Below are positions 18,552 to 29,723 of a stretch of 64,000 nucleotides of DNA, one piece after another (positions within the stretch are counted from its first letter, which is position 1; each line of letters begins with the position of its first letter). Position numbers and translations under genes: made by a program. The DNA is from Cyanobacteria bacterium P01_D01_bin.156 (lineage in GTDB: Bacteria; Cyanobacteriota; Cyanobacteriia; Phormidesmidales; Phormidesmidaceae), in assembly GCA_039024555.1 (NCBI GenBank), contig JBCCQQ010000013.1:41216-105215 (forward strand), read 5' to 3'. The notes beneath the pieces are model-generated. The model was not told the DNA's origin and made no database searches. It saw only the letters and a list, made by a program, of their open reading frames with translations.

Positions 18552-19940
18552 CTAGTCGCCTAACATGGCTTGGGCCTTAGCTAAGGCCTGTCGAACTTGC
18601 TCAAATCCAGTACCACCGAAGCTATTGCGGGCGGCGACCACCTGCTGAGGGGAAATGGCCGTGTAAATGTCCTCTTCAAAAGCAGGATGCATTGCTTTCC
18701 ACTCGTCTAAGGTCAAGTCCTTCAGCAGTTTGCCAGCTGCTAGAGATGTTTTCACAACGGGACCCACTAAATTGTAAGCATCCCGGAATGGAACGCCCTT
18801 CGCGGCCAAATAGTCTGCCACATCCGTTGCATTGGACAAGTCACTGGCCACTGCTTCTGCTAGCCGTTGGGGACGAAACTCCATGCCGTGATTCAGCAAA
18901 ATGGTCATAGCCTGCACACAGGCTTGCACAGTTTTAACTGTGTCAAACAGGGCTTCTTTGTCTTCTTGTAAATCCTTGTTATAGGCCAAAGGTAGCCCCT
19001 TCATCATGGTCAATAAACCTTGCAAATGGCCAAACACCCGACCGGTCTTACCGCGTACTAACTCAGGAACGTCGGGGTTTTTCTTTTGGGGCATAATGCT
19101 GGAGCCAGTAGAGCAGCTATCGGTGAGGCTCACAAACCGGAATTCTTCTGATGCCCAAAAAATGACTTCCTCTGCTAAGCGCGACAGGTGCACCATGATG
19201 ATGCTGACAGCCCCTGTAAACTCAATGGCAAAGTCGCGATCGCTAACGGCATCTAGACTGTTGGCATAAACTCGCTCAAATCCTAACTGCTCTGCCGTGT
19301 ACTGACGGTCAATGGGGAATGTGGTCCCTGCTAGGGCACCTGCCCCTAAGGGGGAAATATTAACGCGCTTAGCGACATCCTCAAGACGTTCATAGTCACG
19401 TTGGATCATCTCCACATAGGCCAGCAGATGGTGGGCCAAACTTAACGGCTGGGCCCGCTGCAAGTGGGTATAGCCAGGAATTAGGGTTTCTACATGATTA
19501 GCCGCGTGGGCTAATAGGGCCTTTTGAAACTCCCGCAGTAGTGATTGAGTTATTTGTATTTGCGATCGCAAATACAGCCTAATATCTGTCCCGACCTGGT
19601 CATTCCGGGAGCGACCTGTATGCAATTTCTTTCCTAAAGGCCCCAACAGCTCCGTCAGCCGGCGCTCTACTGCAAAGTGGACATCTTCTTGATCCACACC
19701 AGGAGTAAATGTTCCCTGTCGATATTCCTGACGAATAGTCTCTAAACCATCCACTAGCTGCTGCCCCTCAGCCGCCGAAATTATCCCCACTTTGGCGAGC
19801 ATTTTGGCATGGGCCTGGGACCCAGTCAGATCATATTCAATCAGCGCAATATCAAACCCAATGCTGGCATTGAACTCAGCAATAAACGGATGCAAACCAG
19901 CATCAAACCGCTGGCTCCATGGTGTGGACGACGTACTCAA
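18552..19940 (-). CDS. argH: Argininosuccinate lyase
   Basis: [20 protein letters not shown] and [12 protein letters not shown] signatures; TTG start with AGGAG RBS. Confidence 0.98.
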   Translation of the reverse strand: MSTSSTPWSQRFDAGLHPFIAEFNASIGFDIALIEYDLTGSQAHAKMLAKVGIISAAEGQQLVDGLETIRQEYRQGTFTPGVDQEDVHFAVERRLTELLGPLGKKLHTGRSRNDQVGTDIRLYLRSQIQITQSLLREFQKALLAHAANHVETLIPGYTHLQRAQPLSLAHHLLAYVEMIQRDYERLEDVAKRVNISPLGAGALAGTTFPIDRQYTAEQLGFERVYANSLDAVSDRDFAIEFTGAVSIIMVHLSRLAEEVIFWASEEFRFVSLTDSCSTGSSIMPQKKNPDVPELVRGKTGRVFGHLQGLLTMMKGLPLAYNKDLQEDKEALFDTVKTVQACVQAMTILLNHGMEFRPQRLAEAVASDLSNATDVADYLAAKGVPFRDAYNLVGPVVKTSLAAGKLLKDLTLDEWKAMHPAFEEDIYTAISPQQVVAARNSFGGTGFEQVRQALAKAQAMLGD

Positions 19941-20103
19941 ATTGCAAAGGCTCCTAGCGAATCAAACCACCAGCGTACTAGCATAAGCGAGTCCAGTGAT
20001 GAATTAGGCGTTGCTGATTCTCTAAATGACTGTATCGATACTATCCAGACCTACAGATAGTTAAGTTGATCGTTTTATCATCTAGATCAGCAACGGTATC
20101 AAC

Positions 20104-20337
20104 CTAGTAGGTAGTCATACCTCGAATCGCATAGCCCAAAACGATACCAATCAGCAATGCCCAAACCTGGCCGGACTCAATAAAATTTCCGATAATCTCT
20201 CCAGACCGATCAAAAAAGCTATTTTCATCTAGCTGCAGCACGACAGGGCTGGTTACTACTGCTGTTTGCTGAGGCAGAAACGAAACAGCAGCCACATTAA
20301 CGTCGCTGGTAGACGTGAAAGACATATCAATATCCAT
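20104..20337 (-). CDS. Small cyanobacterial membrane protein
   Basis: C-terminal NFIESGQVWALLIGIVLGY single TM segment, a pattern I recognise from cyanobacterial hypotheticals. Confidence 0.7.
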   Translation of the reverse strand: MDIDMSFTSTSDVNVAAVSFLPQQTAVVTSPVVLQLDENSFFDRSGEIIGNFIESGQVWALLIGIVLGYAIRGMTTY

Positions 20338-20462
20338 GAGAGCTATTAAACGTAGTGACTAAATAACGGGGAGCAATCCGATCATTGCACTACGACCCAA
20401 TAACATCAAGCTATGGCTGACTATGTCTGAAGACAATCGTGGCTAATTAAAAGCACAAAGCT

Positions 20463-21935
20463 CTAACGCTCAATAGCAGATAACTGACGAAACTCCGCTG
20501 GTTGAGTCACTTTCATCACGACTAATGTGGTGTCATCATCCTTAGTACGATCCACACCAATAAACTGACGCAACAGATTGAATAGATAGTCTAAAATCTC
20601 TTGGGAGTTGGCTAGATTGCGACAGGCCCAAGACACGGCCTTGATTAAATTCTCTTCGTCAAATCGTTCACCACGAATATTAGCCGCATCTGTAAAGCCA
20701 TCAGTGTAGAAGATAACGATATCCCCTGGATACAGCTGTACCTGCCCTTCATGGTAACGAGTATCAATATCTAACCCCAAGAGCATACCATCAGCATCTA
20801 ATCGATTAATCGTATTAGTGGCTGCCTGCCAAAGCAATGGGGGATTATGGGCAGCGTTGCCGTAGGAAAATAGCTGAGTTTTTGGGTCGTATTCTGCGTA
20901 AAAGAGCGTCACAAACCGATGGGAATTTTCCAAATCGTTGTGCATGACGCAGTTGAGATTCTGCAGAATCTGCCCAGGGGAGTGCTCATTGAGCACCTCA
21001 GCCCGCAACATGCCCCGCAGCATGGTCATAATCAAACCAGCAGGCACGCCTTTACCCATCACATCACCAATGGCAATGCTCCATGGTTGAGCCGATGAAA
21101 GTTGCGTATCAGGTCTACGCAACTGATCGTATGTAGTGGGAATAAAATCGTAGTAATCACCACCAACTTTTTGGGCTGTTTGACAGCGAGCAGCCAAATC
21201 CACACCTTCGATTAGGGGACATTGGCGAGGCAACAGCTTCTCTTGAATTTCTGCCCCCAGTTCCAATTCACGATCCAATCGCTCTTTCTTACGCAGAGCT
21301 AGTGTCAATTCGTCATTTTCGATGGCCACAGCAGTTTGGTCGGCCACTAAACGTACTAGCTTTTGACGTGTTTCCGTCCAAGCATAGTCAACATCGTCAC
21401 TAAAAACATACAGACGACCACGCTCCACATTTTGAACAATGATCGAGGTGCCAAAAAGCTTTAAATCAGGAGATAAGAAATGGTTGAGCTGCTGGTCTAA
21501 GGTGACCATGGCAGTACGGGCCATCTGGTTAGTTAAGTTCTTCTCATCGCTTGGTTTAGTCCCTAAAGAGCCCGATACCGATGAAGTAATCTGACGTGTA
21601 GCCGATTCTAGAGCGTAGCGCACCGTTTGACAGGTATCGTTCGCCGGACAGTAGAGTCGTTCCAGCCGCAGCTGCCCATTCGGGCGAAAAAGAACCAGAG
21701 CTCCTCCGGTTGCATCAGTCACACGACTCGCAATCATGGGAATCAGCTCTAAAAACTGGCTAATATTATTTAGACTTCTAAGCGCAAACCCCAAAGAACT
21801 CAGCAAATCTTGAATTTTGTACTGCTCTCGCTGCAGTCTTGCAACCAATTCTTTAAGGGCAAACACAGGGGTTCCGCCCGGTAAGGTGCTGCCCTCGGGA
21901 AGGGAATTAAAGGGTAGCGAAGGACTGGGCGACAT
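20463..21935 (-). CDS. GAF + SpoIIE/RsbU-type PP2C protein phosphatase
   Basis: VGGDYYDF, IGDVMGKGVPA, FYTDGFTDA, DDTTLVV; GAF ending ADQTAVAIEN. Confidence 0.93.
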   Translation of the reverse strand: MSPSPSLPFNSLPEGSTLPGGTPVFALKELVARLQREQYKIQDLLSSLGFALRSLNNISQFLELIPMIASRVTDATGGALVLFRPNGQLRLERLYCPANDTCQTVRYALESATRQITSSVSGSLGTKPSDEKNLTNQMARTAMVTLDQQLNHFLSPDLKLFGTSIIVQNVERGRLYVFSDDVDYAWTETRQKLVRLVADQTAVAIENDELTLALRKKERLDRELELGAEIQEKLLPRQCPLIEGVDLAARCQTAQKVGGDYYDFIPTTYDQLRRPDTQLSSAQPWSIAIGDVMGKGVPAGLIMTMLRGMLRAEVLNEHSPGQILQNLNCVMHNDLENSHRFVTLFYAEYDPKTQLFSYGNAAHNPPLLWQAATNTINRLDADGMLLGLDIDTRYHEGQVQLYPGDIVIFYTDGFTDAANIRGERFDEENLIKAVSWACRNLANSQEILDYLFNLLRQFIGVDRTKDDDTTLVVMKVTQPAEFRQLSAIER

Positions 21936-22185
21936 AGGTACAACCGACAGTATGGTCGATATCTAAAGGCAACAGATAAATAAAAAGCTACATGTGGTTG
22001 GAGGCAATATAGCGGTCTAAGCCATTCTTGGCAACTAAATATTTTATCGACTACTATACGCCCTCAAGAAAAATTGCTAACGCAAAAATTTAGCCACAAA
22101 CATAGCACTTTAGCCATATCCGTCAAGGGTACTTTGCCAAAACTGGGAATTTAATCCATGAGCCTAGGGTGTTTTGGCAGAGCCT

Positions 22186-22854
22186 TCATGCCCACTGCAC
22201 CCGATATAGCTGAAAAACATTGCCAGCGGCCTGTTTTGTTACCTTGGCATCTGCAGATTTAATCAACGAGCGCCATTGAGGCAGCTCTATCAATTCCACA
22301 TCAACCCCCAAGTACGTCTCTAGAATGGCCCAATTTTCCGCCAGTTCTTCTGCCGGATTAATGACATCGAATACAAAGGAGCCCCCAGGTTTCAAACAAC
22401 GCCTGACTGCTGCCATTACCTGTTCCCAATAATCCAGAGGGTAGTAACAACTCACCCCAGTGGCAATGACCAAATCAAATGTATCGGGTTCATAATCCAG
22501 CTTATGGGCCGGAGCTAACTGCACACCCTTAAATAGCTTAGAGTCTAACTGGGGCCCTCGCTGGTTTAGTGCGGTCTGGGCGACTTTACTAATATCTTGA
22601 CCTACAAACCTTGCCTGCCATTGTTTCCAGGGGTAAATGAGAAAGCTCAGACCACAGCCAAGGTCTAAACAGTACTGCCCCTTCTTAGGTTTCGCTATTT
22701 CCCAAAATGGACTACTGATACGAGATGTCAAACTACCTGCTACCCAATCTCGGAATATGGCCAGTTCTTGAACCTCATCAGGCAAGTCAAACGAATCTCC
22801 TCCATACTCCCGATCAAACCGTTGAGCAACTGCCTGTAACTGGCTCACGACCAT
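22186..22854 (-). CDS. Class I SAM-dependent methyltransferase
   Basis: CLDLGCG motif I, FDLVIA, LKPGG. Confidence 0.88.
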   Translation of the reverse strand: MVVSQLQAVAQRFDREYGGDSFDLPDEVQELAIFRDWVAGSLTSRISSPFWEIAKPKKGQYCLDLGCGLSFLIYPWKQWQARFVGQDISKVAQTALNQRGPQLDSKLFKGVQLAPAHKLDYEPDTFDLVIATGVSCYYPLDYWEQVMAAVRRCLKPGGSFVFDVINPAEELAENWAILETYLGVDVELIELPQWRSLIKSADAKVTKQAAGNVFQLYRVQWA

Positions 22855-22890
22855 GGCTATCCTTACTGTGAAAGTACTCTAGGTAGTGCT

Positions 22891-23073
22891 CTACCGTCCC
22901 TTCAGGGCTTTTGTGAAGTTTTGACGGTACGAAGCATTGATAATAAATACAGGCCACAACAAGGTTAAATATAGGCGACCACTGCTAAAGTTAGTGCGAT
23001 TAAATCCGGCCCAGAACTTCCAGGCACCATAGCCGTAACCGCCTAACAGCAGAAAGATTAGTAAAGTTGGCAT
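22891..23073 (-). CDS. Small cyanobacterial membrane protein
   Basis: AGGAG RBS; WKFWAGFNRTNF...LLWP...SYRQNFTKALKG pattern. Confidence 0.7.
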   Translation of the reverse strand: MPTLLIFLLLGGYGYGAWKFWAGFNRTNFSSGRLYLTLLWPVFIINASYRQNFTKALKGR

Positions 23074-23357
23074 GAGTTACTCCTATCACTCGTTCGACAA
23101 GTTAAGCAATTCATCAAATCCATATACCCATCGTGGGAATACGCTCAATAAACCTGAAAGCGGTATGAACAATTGTGAAGGTCAGCTTAACAAAGCAAGT
23201 ACAATTAACACTGCAGATAATTAATAGACAGAGATGGTGGCATCACCTGTTGCTTGCAACAGCGCACAGATGCATTTCAAAGGGTAACGCTGGAGGCTGA
23301 CTTCAGATAACCCTAGATAACAATTGTTTTGATTTTCACAAAAACACAGGAGGAATT

Positions 23358-25889
23358 ATGCGCGCAGTACTCATGGCTGGAGGTTCTGGCACCCGGCTTC
23401 GACCCCTGACTTGCGACCTGCCTAAGCCCATGGTTCCTGTGCTCAACCGTCCCATCGCAGAGCATATTGTAAACCTACTTAAACGGCACGATATTAAGGA
23501 AGTCATTGCCACACTGCACTATCTTCCCGATGTTATGAGGGATTATTTCCAGGATGGACGTGACTTTGGGGTGCAGATGACCTATGCCGTTGAGGAAGAT
23601 CAACCCCTTGGCACTGCCGGCTGTGTAAAAAACATTGCTGAATTATTGGATGACACGTTCTTGGTAATCAGCGGGGATAGCATTACCGATTTTGACTTGA
23701 AGGAAGCTGTTCGTTTCCATAAGGCAAAGGGCTCGAAAGCTACCTTGGTCCTGACTCGTGTCCCTAACCCCATTGAATTTGGTGTGGTGATTACAGATGA
23801 CGAGGGACGTATCAAACGGTTTTTAGAGAAACCCTCTACCAGTGAAATTTTCTCGGACACGGTAAATACGGGTACCTACATCCTTGAACCTGAAGTCCTA
23901 GACTATCTGCCCCCAAGCCAGGAGAAAGATTTCTCGAAAGATCTATTTCCCTTGCTATTGGAAAAGGGGGATCCGATGTACGGCTATGTCGCTGATGGCT
24001 ATTGGTGTGATGTGGGCCATCTAGAAGCCTATCGCGAAGCTCAGTACGATGCCTTAGAAGGCAAGGTACTCGTAGATTTTGCGTACCCTGAGGTTTCCCC
24101 TGGGCTGTACGTAGGCAAAAATACGCACATTGACTCAACAGCCGTGGTCAAACCGCCCGTTTTAATTGGCCGGAACTGTCGTATTGGGGCACGGGTCACC
24201 CTAGAACCTGGCACTGTCATTGGTGACAATGTGACGGTTGGCAGTGATGCAGACTTAAAACGCCCCATTATTTGGAATGGCGCAATTATTGGCGATGAGA
24301 CTCATCTAAGGGCCTGTGTGATCGCACGGGGGACTCGAGCGGATCGTCGGGCCCACGTACTGGAGGGCGCGGTAGTTGGAGCTCTATCTACAGTTGGTGA
24401 AGAAGCTCAAATCAGCCCAGGTGTTAGGGTTTGGCCTAGTAAACGCATTGAATCTGGCGCTACTCTAAATATCAATTTAATTTGGGGAAATACGGCCCAG
24501 CGTAATTTATTTGGTCAGAGGGGGGTTACCGGTCTAGCGAATATCGATATCACTCCTGAATTTGCGGTTAAGTTGGGGGCTGCTTATGGTTCCACCCTCA
24601 AGCCAGGAGCTCATGTAACGGTTTCACGGGATCAGCGCAGCATCTCGCGCATGGTGTCGCGATCGCTAATTGCTGGTCTGATGTCCGTAGGGATTAATAT
24701 TCAGAACCTCGAAGCTACGGCCATCCCGGTAGCCCGGGCAATTATTCCCACCCTTGGTGTGGCAGGTGGCATACACGTACGTCTCCACCCAGACCGTGCC
24801 GACCAACTCTTGATTGAATTTTTTGATAAAAACGGTATCGATATTCCCAAAGGCAAAGAAAAGAAGATAGAGGGTGCTTACTTCAAAGAAAACCTTAGAC
24901 GCTCTCAAATTCATGAGATTGGAGAAGTTTCCTATCCAGCTAATTTGGTCGATACGTATACTACCGAATTTGAAAAGCGACTCAATGTAGAAGCCATCCG
25001 CTACAGTAAGTCCAAAGTAGTTATCGATTATGCGTACGCAGTTTCTGGCGCAGTGCTGCCTAGGCTGTTGGGTAAATTTGGATGTGATGCTGTGGTGCTT
25101 AACGCTAGCTTGAGCCAAACAGCTCCCTCCAATCCAGAACGGGAAAGTATGCTGGGTCAGCTAGGTCAGGTCGTACAGGCTCTACAGGCTACGTTCGGTG
25201 TGCAAGTTGCTGCTAACGGCGAACAGCTTGTGTTGATGGATGAAGTAGGCTCACCCATCCGTGGAGAGATGCTAACGGCGTTGATGACCCACATGATTCT
25301 CACGGCTCATCCCCAGGGTACTGTCGTTGTTCCAGTTCATACTTCTGGAGCGATTGAACAAATAGCCCGGCGCCATGGTGGTAATGTGGTGCGCACTAAG
25401 GCTAACCCGACAGCTCTGATGGAAGCTTGTCAAGCTAGCAAAAATGTTGTTTTGGGAGGCAGTGGTGATATGGGCTTTATTTTCCCACAGCTGCATCCTG
25501 GCTTTGATGCTATGTTTTGCATTGCTAAATTAATTGAAATGTTAACAATCCAGGAGCAATCCCTTGGAAGGATTTGGGGCGATTTACCACGAATTTCCCA
25601 TCGGGTACAAACTCTGAGATGTCCATGGACTATCAAGGGGGCTCTAATGCGCTATCTTGTTGAGAGTCATACTGCTGATACTCTTGAACTAGTTGATGGC
25701 GTTAAGGTAGTTGACCGTACTAGCGATAGTTGGGTCCTTATCTTGCCAGATGCTGGCGATCCACTGGTTCATATTTTTGCGAACAGTGCCGATCGTGACT
25801 GGGTTGACACTAAGCTCCAGGACTATCGTCAACGAGTTCAAAATTTTATCGAAAAAGAGCAGGGTATTCGAGAGGAACAAGTTGTATGA
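23358..25889 (+). CDS. Mannose-1-phosphate guanylyltransferase / phosphomannomutase-like bifunctional protein
   Basis: AVLMAGGSGTRLRPLT..PKP, left-handed beta-helix hexapeptides, LFGQRGVTG phosphohexomutase domain; AGGAGG RBS. Confidence 0.93.
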   Translation: MRAVLMAGGSGTRLRPLTCDLPKPMVPVLNRPIAEHIVNLLKRHDIKEVIATLHYLPDVMRDYFQDGRDFGVQMTYAVEEDQPLGTAGCVKNIAELLDDTFLVISGDSITDFDLKEAVRFHKAKGSKATLVLTRVPNPIEFGVVITDDEGRIKRFLEKPSTSEIFSDTVNTGTYILEPEVLDYLPPSQEKDFSKDLFPLLLEKGDPMYGYVADGYWCDVGHLEAYREAQYDALEGKVLVDFAYPEVSPGLYVGKNTHIDSTAVVKPPVLIGRNCRIGARVTLEPGTVIGDNVTVGSDADLKRPIIWNGAIIGDETHLRACVIARGTRADRRAHVLEGAVVGALSTVGEEAQISPGVRVWPSKRIESGATLNINLIWGNTAQRNLFGQRGVTGLANIDITPEFAVKLGAAYGSTLKPGAHVTVSRDQRSISRMVSRSLIAGLMSVGINIQNLEATAIPVARAIIPTLGVAGGIHVRLHPDRADQLLIEFFDKNGIDIPKGKEKKIEGAYFKENLRRSQIHEIGEVSYPANLVDTYTTEFEKRLNVEAIRYSKSKVVIDYAYAVSGAVLPRLLGKFGCDAVVLNASLSQTAPSNPERESMLGQLGQVVQALQATFGVQVAANGEQLVLMDEVGSPIRGEMLTALMTHMILTAHPQGTVVVPVHTSGAIEQIARRHGGNVVRTKANPTALMEACQASKNVVLGGSGDMGFIFPQLHPGFDAMFCIAKLIEMLTIQEQSLGRIWGDLPRISHRVQTLRCPWTIKGALMRYLVESHTADTLELVDGVKVVDRTSDSWVLILPDAGDPLVHIFANSADRDWVDTKLQDYRQRVQNFIEKEQGIREEQVV

Positions 25890-26353
25890 ACCATTGCATC
25901 CTCATGGGAGAAATTGTCGAGGTCCCACAATTACGGTATACATCCGACAACCAAACGCCCATTGCCGAATTCAAAATCAAAATAGCGGGTCTCCGCCCAG
26001 AGGATAGCCCCTCTCAGTTTAAGGCTGTTGGTTGGGGTAACTTAGCACAGGCCATTCAGGCAGACAGTTACGAACCGGGTGACCGGGTGGTGCTCGAAGG
26101 GCGTATCACGATGAAAACCGTTGATCGTCCCGAGGGCTTTCGCGAAAAACAAGCTGAAATAACCGTCCAGCGAGTTCATCGGATTGCCGACTTGCAATCC
26201 GTGGCTATGGCAGAGGCTCTTCCCATTGTCGAGGGTAGAAGCAGTAGTGCTGGTGCTCCTGGCGGTACTGCTGCCAGCACTTCCAGTCCATCACCGGCTA
26301 GCCAGCCAACAAGTCCCCCAAGTACCCCTGATTATGATGAAATTCCTTTCTAG
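25886..26353 (+). CDS. ssb: Single-stranded DNA-binding protein
   Basis: MN..ILMG...PQLRYT OB fold, disordered linker, acidic tip DYDEIPF. Confidence 0.9.
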   Translation: MNHCILMGEIVEVPQLRYTSDNQTPIAEFKIKIAGLRPEDSPSQFKAVGWGNLAQAIQADSYEPGDRVVLEGRITMKTVDRPEGFREKQAEITVQRVHRIADLQSVAMAEALPIVEGRSSSAGAPGGTAASTSSPSPASQPTSPPSTPDYDEIPF

Positions 26354-26377
26354 AGTGTTTGCTCGATAACCCCCAGC

Positions 26378-26416
26378 TGCCCTTCAAGCCTTAGCGGCCT
26401 AATTGAAGGGCAATTT
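26378..26416. terminator. Terminator-like hairpin
   Basis: TGCCCTTCAA / TTGAAGGGCA between convergent genes. Confidence 0.65.
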
Positions 26417-26442
26417 AATTGGGCTACAAAAAGTAGCTCACA

Positions 26443-26811
26443 TTATAAGTAGGATTCTAAGAATTCAAATGGCTCATCTTCCCAGCAAGGTTCTGGATAG
26501 AATTTTGCTAAGCGCTGGTAGACATCATCTACAGCCTCTTCCAAAGTAGAACATTCACCAAAGATTTCATCCAGAGCCAATTCATCACGCTGACGTAGCG
26601 GAGCTAAAGGGTCTGCATGAACTGTCAATGATGCCAATGAGGTATTAACTACCTCAAACCTGTATTTCTTTAATACCTGATGCTGAGAATCTTCCCAAGC
26701 AGATTCATGAATGGGAGTAAACCCTAGACTTCTCTCAACCTTCAAAAAAGATTGGCCTATCCAATAGCCTCCACGAGGAGGAGGGATTTCAGGGACACTG
26801 TTATCGGGCAT
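26443..26811 (-). CDS. Hypothetical protein
   Basis: 122-aa ORF filling the gap and converging on the ssb terminator; no motif recognised. Confidence 0.55.
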   Translation of the reverse strand: MPDNSVPEIPPPRGGYWIGQSFLKVERSLGFTPIHESAWEDSQHQVLKKYRFEVVNTSLASLTVHADPLAPLRQRDELALDEIFGECSTLEEAVDDVYQRLAKFYPEPCWEDEPFEFLESYL

Positions 26812-27292
26812 AGGTTAGATGTCCGGTATCAAACCATTGTATGGGGCTGAAATGTGGTACGCCATTCCAGACAAGGACTTTAAAAAGTACACCTCTGAGA
26901 CAAAGACTCCGTCCAAATTGCAGAAATACGCTCAATTTGAAGCACATAAAATCTAGTCATCCCCATAGGCTGCCCCAGCAAACTTTATTCAGCAGTCATT
27001 TCTAAGCTTTTTTCAACCAATGGACAGCAGGAGAAAACCTCGCTTTAGGGATTGATTTTTACAGCATTGCTCTCATCGTTCAGGCTGTGGTTCCTCGCTG
27101 ACAGCTCTGGGCAATACGGTCAATATATGTGATTCAATCAGACGAATACATTCATCTGATTGCGATGGTTTGCAAATTTCTAGCTCCTTAGGAGCTGTTA
27201 AGCAACGACTTCACGGTTTAAGTCTGAAAAGCTTGTCAAGCCATGATTGAAATGCACAAGGCCAATGATGCTAATTTTTAACAAGCCCTTAA

Positions 27293-27964
27293 TCACTCAT
27301 TCGGGATGAGGGAATTTGATGCCGTAACGTTTAGGTGAAACACCTTAGCAAACTGCTTAACCAGCCGTGATTTCACCTCAGCTATCGTAATGTCAGATAA
27401 AAATTGAGCCAGGCTTCCCACAGGACGGTCCGCGATACCACAGGGGGTAATGTGCTTAAACCCCTCGAGGTCAGGACATACATTAATTGAAAAGCCATGC
27501 ATGGTAATCCATCGGCTTACCTTAATCCCAATGGCAGCTACCTTGTGTCCATCAACCCAGACGCCTGTCATGCCATCAATACGCTGTCCTGAGAGGCCAT
27601 AGCAATCTAAAACCTCAATAATGACTGACTCCAGCTGACGTAGATACCAGTGCAAATCTCGTTGATGACGATTCAAATTTAAAATCGGGTATCCCACTAG
27701 TTGACCAGGGCAGTGATACGTTACTTCACCACCCCGCTCTACTCGATAGATATCGTATTCAGTATTGTCTAAATCAAAGTGTACAAACTCAGTTGTGGAG
27801 GCAGTTCCTAAGGTGTAAACCGGTAAATGTTCAGTTACTAACAAAACATCATCTAATGCCGGATTATCCTTGCGCATAGATACGAGCTGCCTTTGATAGT
27901 TCCAAACTAATTTATAGGCCGTTAGTCCAGTATCTTGAACAATAAGATTTCTATCTTTAGTCAT
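27293..27964 (-). CDS. lipB: Octanoyltransferase
   Basis: EHLPVYTLG, RGGEVTYHCPGQLVGYP, KVAAIGI, HGFSINV, ITPCG. Confidence 0.97.
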   Translation of the reverse strand: MTKDRNLIVQDTGLTAYKLVWNYQRQLVSMRKDNPALDDVLLVTEHLPVYTLGTASTTEFVHFDLDNTEYDIYRVERGGEVTYHCPGQLVGYPILNLNRHQRDLHWYLRQLESVIIEVLDCYGLSGQRIDGMTGVWVDGHKVAAIGIKVSRWITMHGFSINVCPDLEGFKHITPCGIADRPVGSLAQFLSDITIAEVKSRLVKQFAKVFHLNVTASNSLIPNE

Positions 27965-28373
27965 TAGAAAAATGTTGACTTTCTTGGTTAATCTAATTTA
28001 TATAAGCAATTGCATAATTAACCTGAAAATCCTCAAATCAAGCTTCTAAATATCAAATAAGAGATTAATAGTAATATGTTCATTCTCGACTGTTTTATTT
28101 TATTTTTCTTTCTTGAGAGAACTAAGGGGGATCACTTTAGTAATCTAGCAGTACTCTAGTTGGCATAGCTCAAGAAAATATTCCCAAACCTAGCAGAGTA
28201 AAATCTTACAGGAAAATATACGTTTATATACAAGACTTCTACCTTATATGATCCCAAACCTATCCTAAAGAATTATCAACGGATAAGAATGTTTTTAAAG
28301 AGAAAAACTCTCTCCAAAATTAAAGTGTTAGGGTGAAATTAATCGCTTATCTTTTATCGATGGAGGCAGCTTT

Positions 28374-29066
28374 ATGAAGCTTGTTATCCAAGGGAAAAAT
28401 ATTGAAATCACAGAGGCTATTCGCCAGCATGTTTCACACAAACTTGAAAAGTCAGTAAATCATTTTCGACATCTGATTAATAAAGTGGATGTGTGTTTAT
28501 CTGTGGCGGGGGGGGTGAAAATGCCAACTCGTCAATGTGCTGAGGTAACCGTTCATGTTAACCGAGCTGTTGTAAGAGCTGAAGAAAGTAGTGACAGCCT
28601 TTACGCGAGTATTGATTTAGTAGCCGATAAAATTAGCCGCCAATTACGTAAATATAAAGAAAAACGTCGTAGTTCTGAGCATGTGTCGGTACGCTCGATG
28701 GATGTTGACGTCGGCTCTCAAGGAGCTGATTTACAGGTTACTGAACTCTTAGAACAGGGAGAGCCAAAGCTACCTGAAGATGTAGTCAGAACTAAATACT
28801 TTGCGATGGCGCCCATGACGCCTGAAGAAGCTTTGGAAAATCTGCAGCTGATTGATCATGATTTTTATGTTTTTCACAACATAGCAACTAATCAAATCAA
28901 TGTGATGTATGAGCGAAACCATGGTGGATATGGCCTAATACAGCCGCGACCTGCGGCTGTCGAAAATCACCATAATAGCCACAATAATAACCATCATTCC
29001 ATTAACAATGGTCGTAGTGGTCCCACAATAGGGCGTCATCTAAACTCAGCTCCTACCCGCAAATAA
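28374..29066 (+). CDS. hpf: Ribosome hibernation promoting factor, long form (LrtA)
   Basis: MKLVIQGKNIEIT, LYASIDLVADKISRQLRKYKEK, VVRTKYF...HDFYVF...GYGLIQP. Confidence 0.95.
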   Translation: MKLVIQGKNIEITEAIRQHVSHKLEKSVNHFRHLINKVDVCLSVAGGVKMPTRQCAEVTVHVNRAVVRAEESSDSLYASIDLVADKISRQLRKYKEKRRSSEHVSVRSMDVDVGSQGADLQVTELLEQGEPKLPEDVVRTKYFAMAPMTPEEALENLQLIDHDFYVFHNIATNQINVMYERNHGGYGLIQPRPAAVENHHNSHNNNHHSINNGRSGPTIGRHLNSAPTRK

Positions 29067-29169
29067 GGCGCTAATGATGACATTACGATTCCTTGGAATG
29101 ATGAATATTATGGCGCACCCTATGAGGTGATTTGGCCAACTGTTTAAGCCATAAACCTGAGCAGCAAAA

Positions 29170-29218
29170 TTAGGCAGCCCCTTGAACGCTGAGGATTAGT
29201 GTTCAAGGGGCTGCTTAA
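29170..29218. terminator. Bidirectional terminator hairpin
   Basis: TTAGGCAGCCCCTTGAACGCT...AGTGTTCAAGGGGCTGCTTAA. Confidence 0.8.
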
Positions 29219-29278
29219 ATCGATTAAGTTCAAGAAAAAAACATGGCTTTAAGCGCTATGCATGCCCCTTTGAACTTT

Positions 29279-29482
29279 TTACAGCATAGTTACAGCATAG
29301 ATCTTCCCGTCAAAAGTCACTTGATCACCAGCGTATAATTTACGTCCCCGTCGTACCTCTACTTCATTGTTGACTAGTACATAGCCAGATTGAATCAGGT
29401 GTTTGGCTTCTCCACCTGATTGCACGAGGTCATTTAGTTTAAGGAACTGGCTCAATTTAATAAATGGGGTTTCCATAGTCAT
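29279..29482 (-). CDS. S4-domain RNA-binding protein (YaaA/YbcJ-like)
   Basis: IKLSQFLK...SGGEAK.LI..G.V.VN.EVE.RRGRKL. Confidence 0.9.
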   Translation of the reverse strand: MTMETPFIKLSQFLKLNDLVQSGGEAKHLIQSGYVLVNNEVEVRRGRKLYAGDQVTFDGKIYAVTML

Positions 29483-29686
29483 TTAAGACAACTTAAGCGC
29501 GCTAACGGGGACATCATCCCAGGACTCCACTGTGCGCAACCTAGCAAGCCAACCCGCTGCTTTTTGTTCGGGTGTCAATGCTGCTTTAAAGGTAGCGTGG
29601 CACTCTTCTGCAGTAGTGCGATCGCAACAGGCAATAGCAGAATAAACAATGCCAGACGGATCGATGTGTTCGTTTACCCAAATCAT
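29483..29686 (-). CDS. Conserved small cyanobacterial hypothetical protein
   Basis: MIWVNEHIDPSGIVYSAIACCD...GWLARLRTVESWDDVP; abuts the S4 gene, downstream of hmpF. Confidence 0.75.
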   Translation of the reverse strand: MIWVNEHIDPSGIVYSAIACCDRTTAEECHATFKAALTPEQKAAGWLARLRTVESWDDVPVSALKLS

Positions 29687-29723
29687 GCGGACAGCGGCAC
29701 TAAACAACTAATGGATAGGCAGA

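Noticed and set aside
26812..27292. 480-bp gap upstream of the 122-aa ORF, checked for a small gene or RNA
   Set aside because: The minus-strand frames I read lack a usable start, and I recognised no RNA family.
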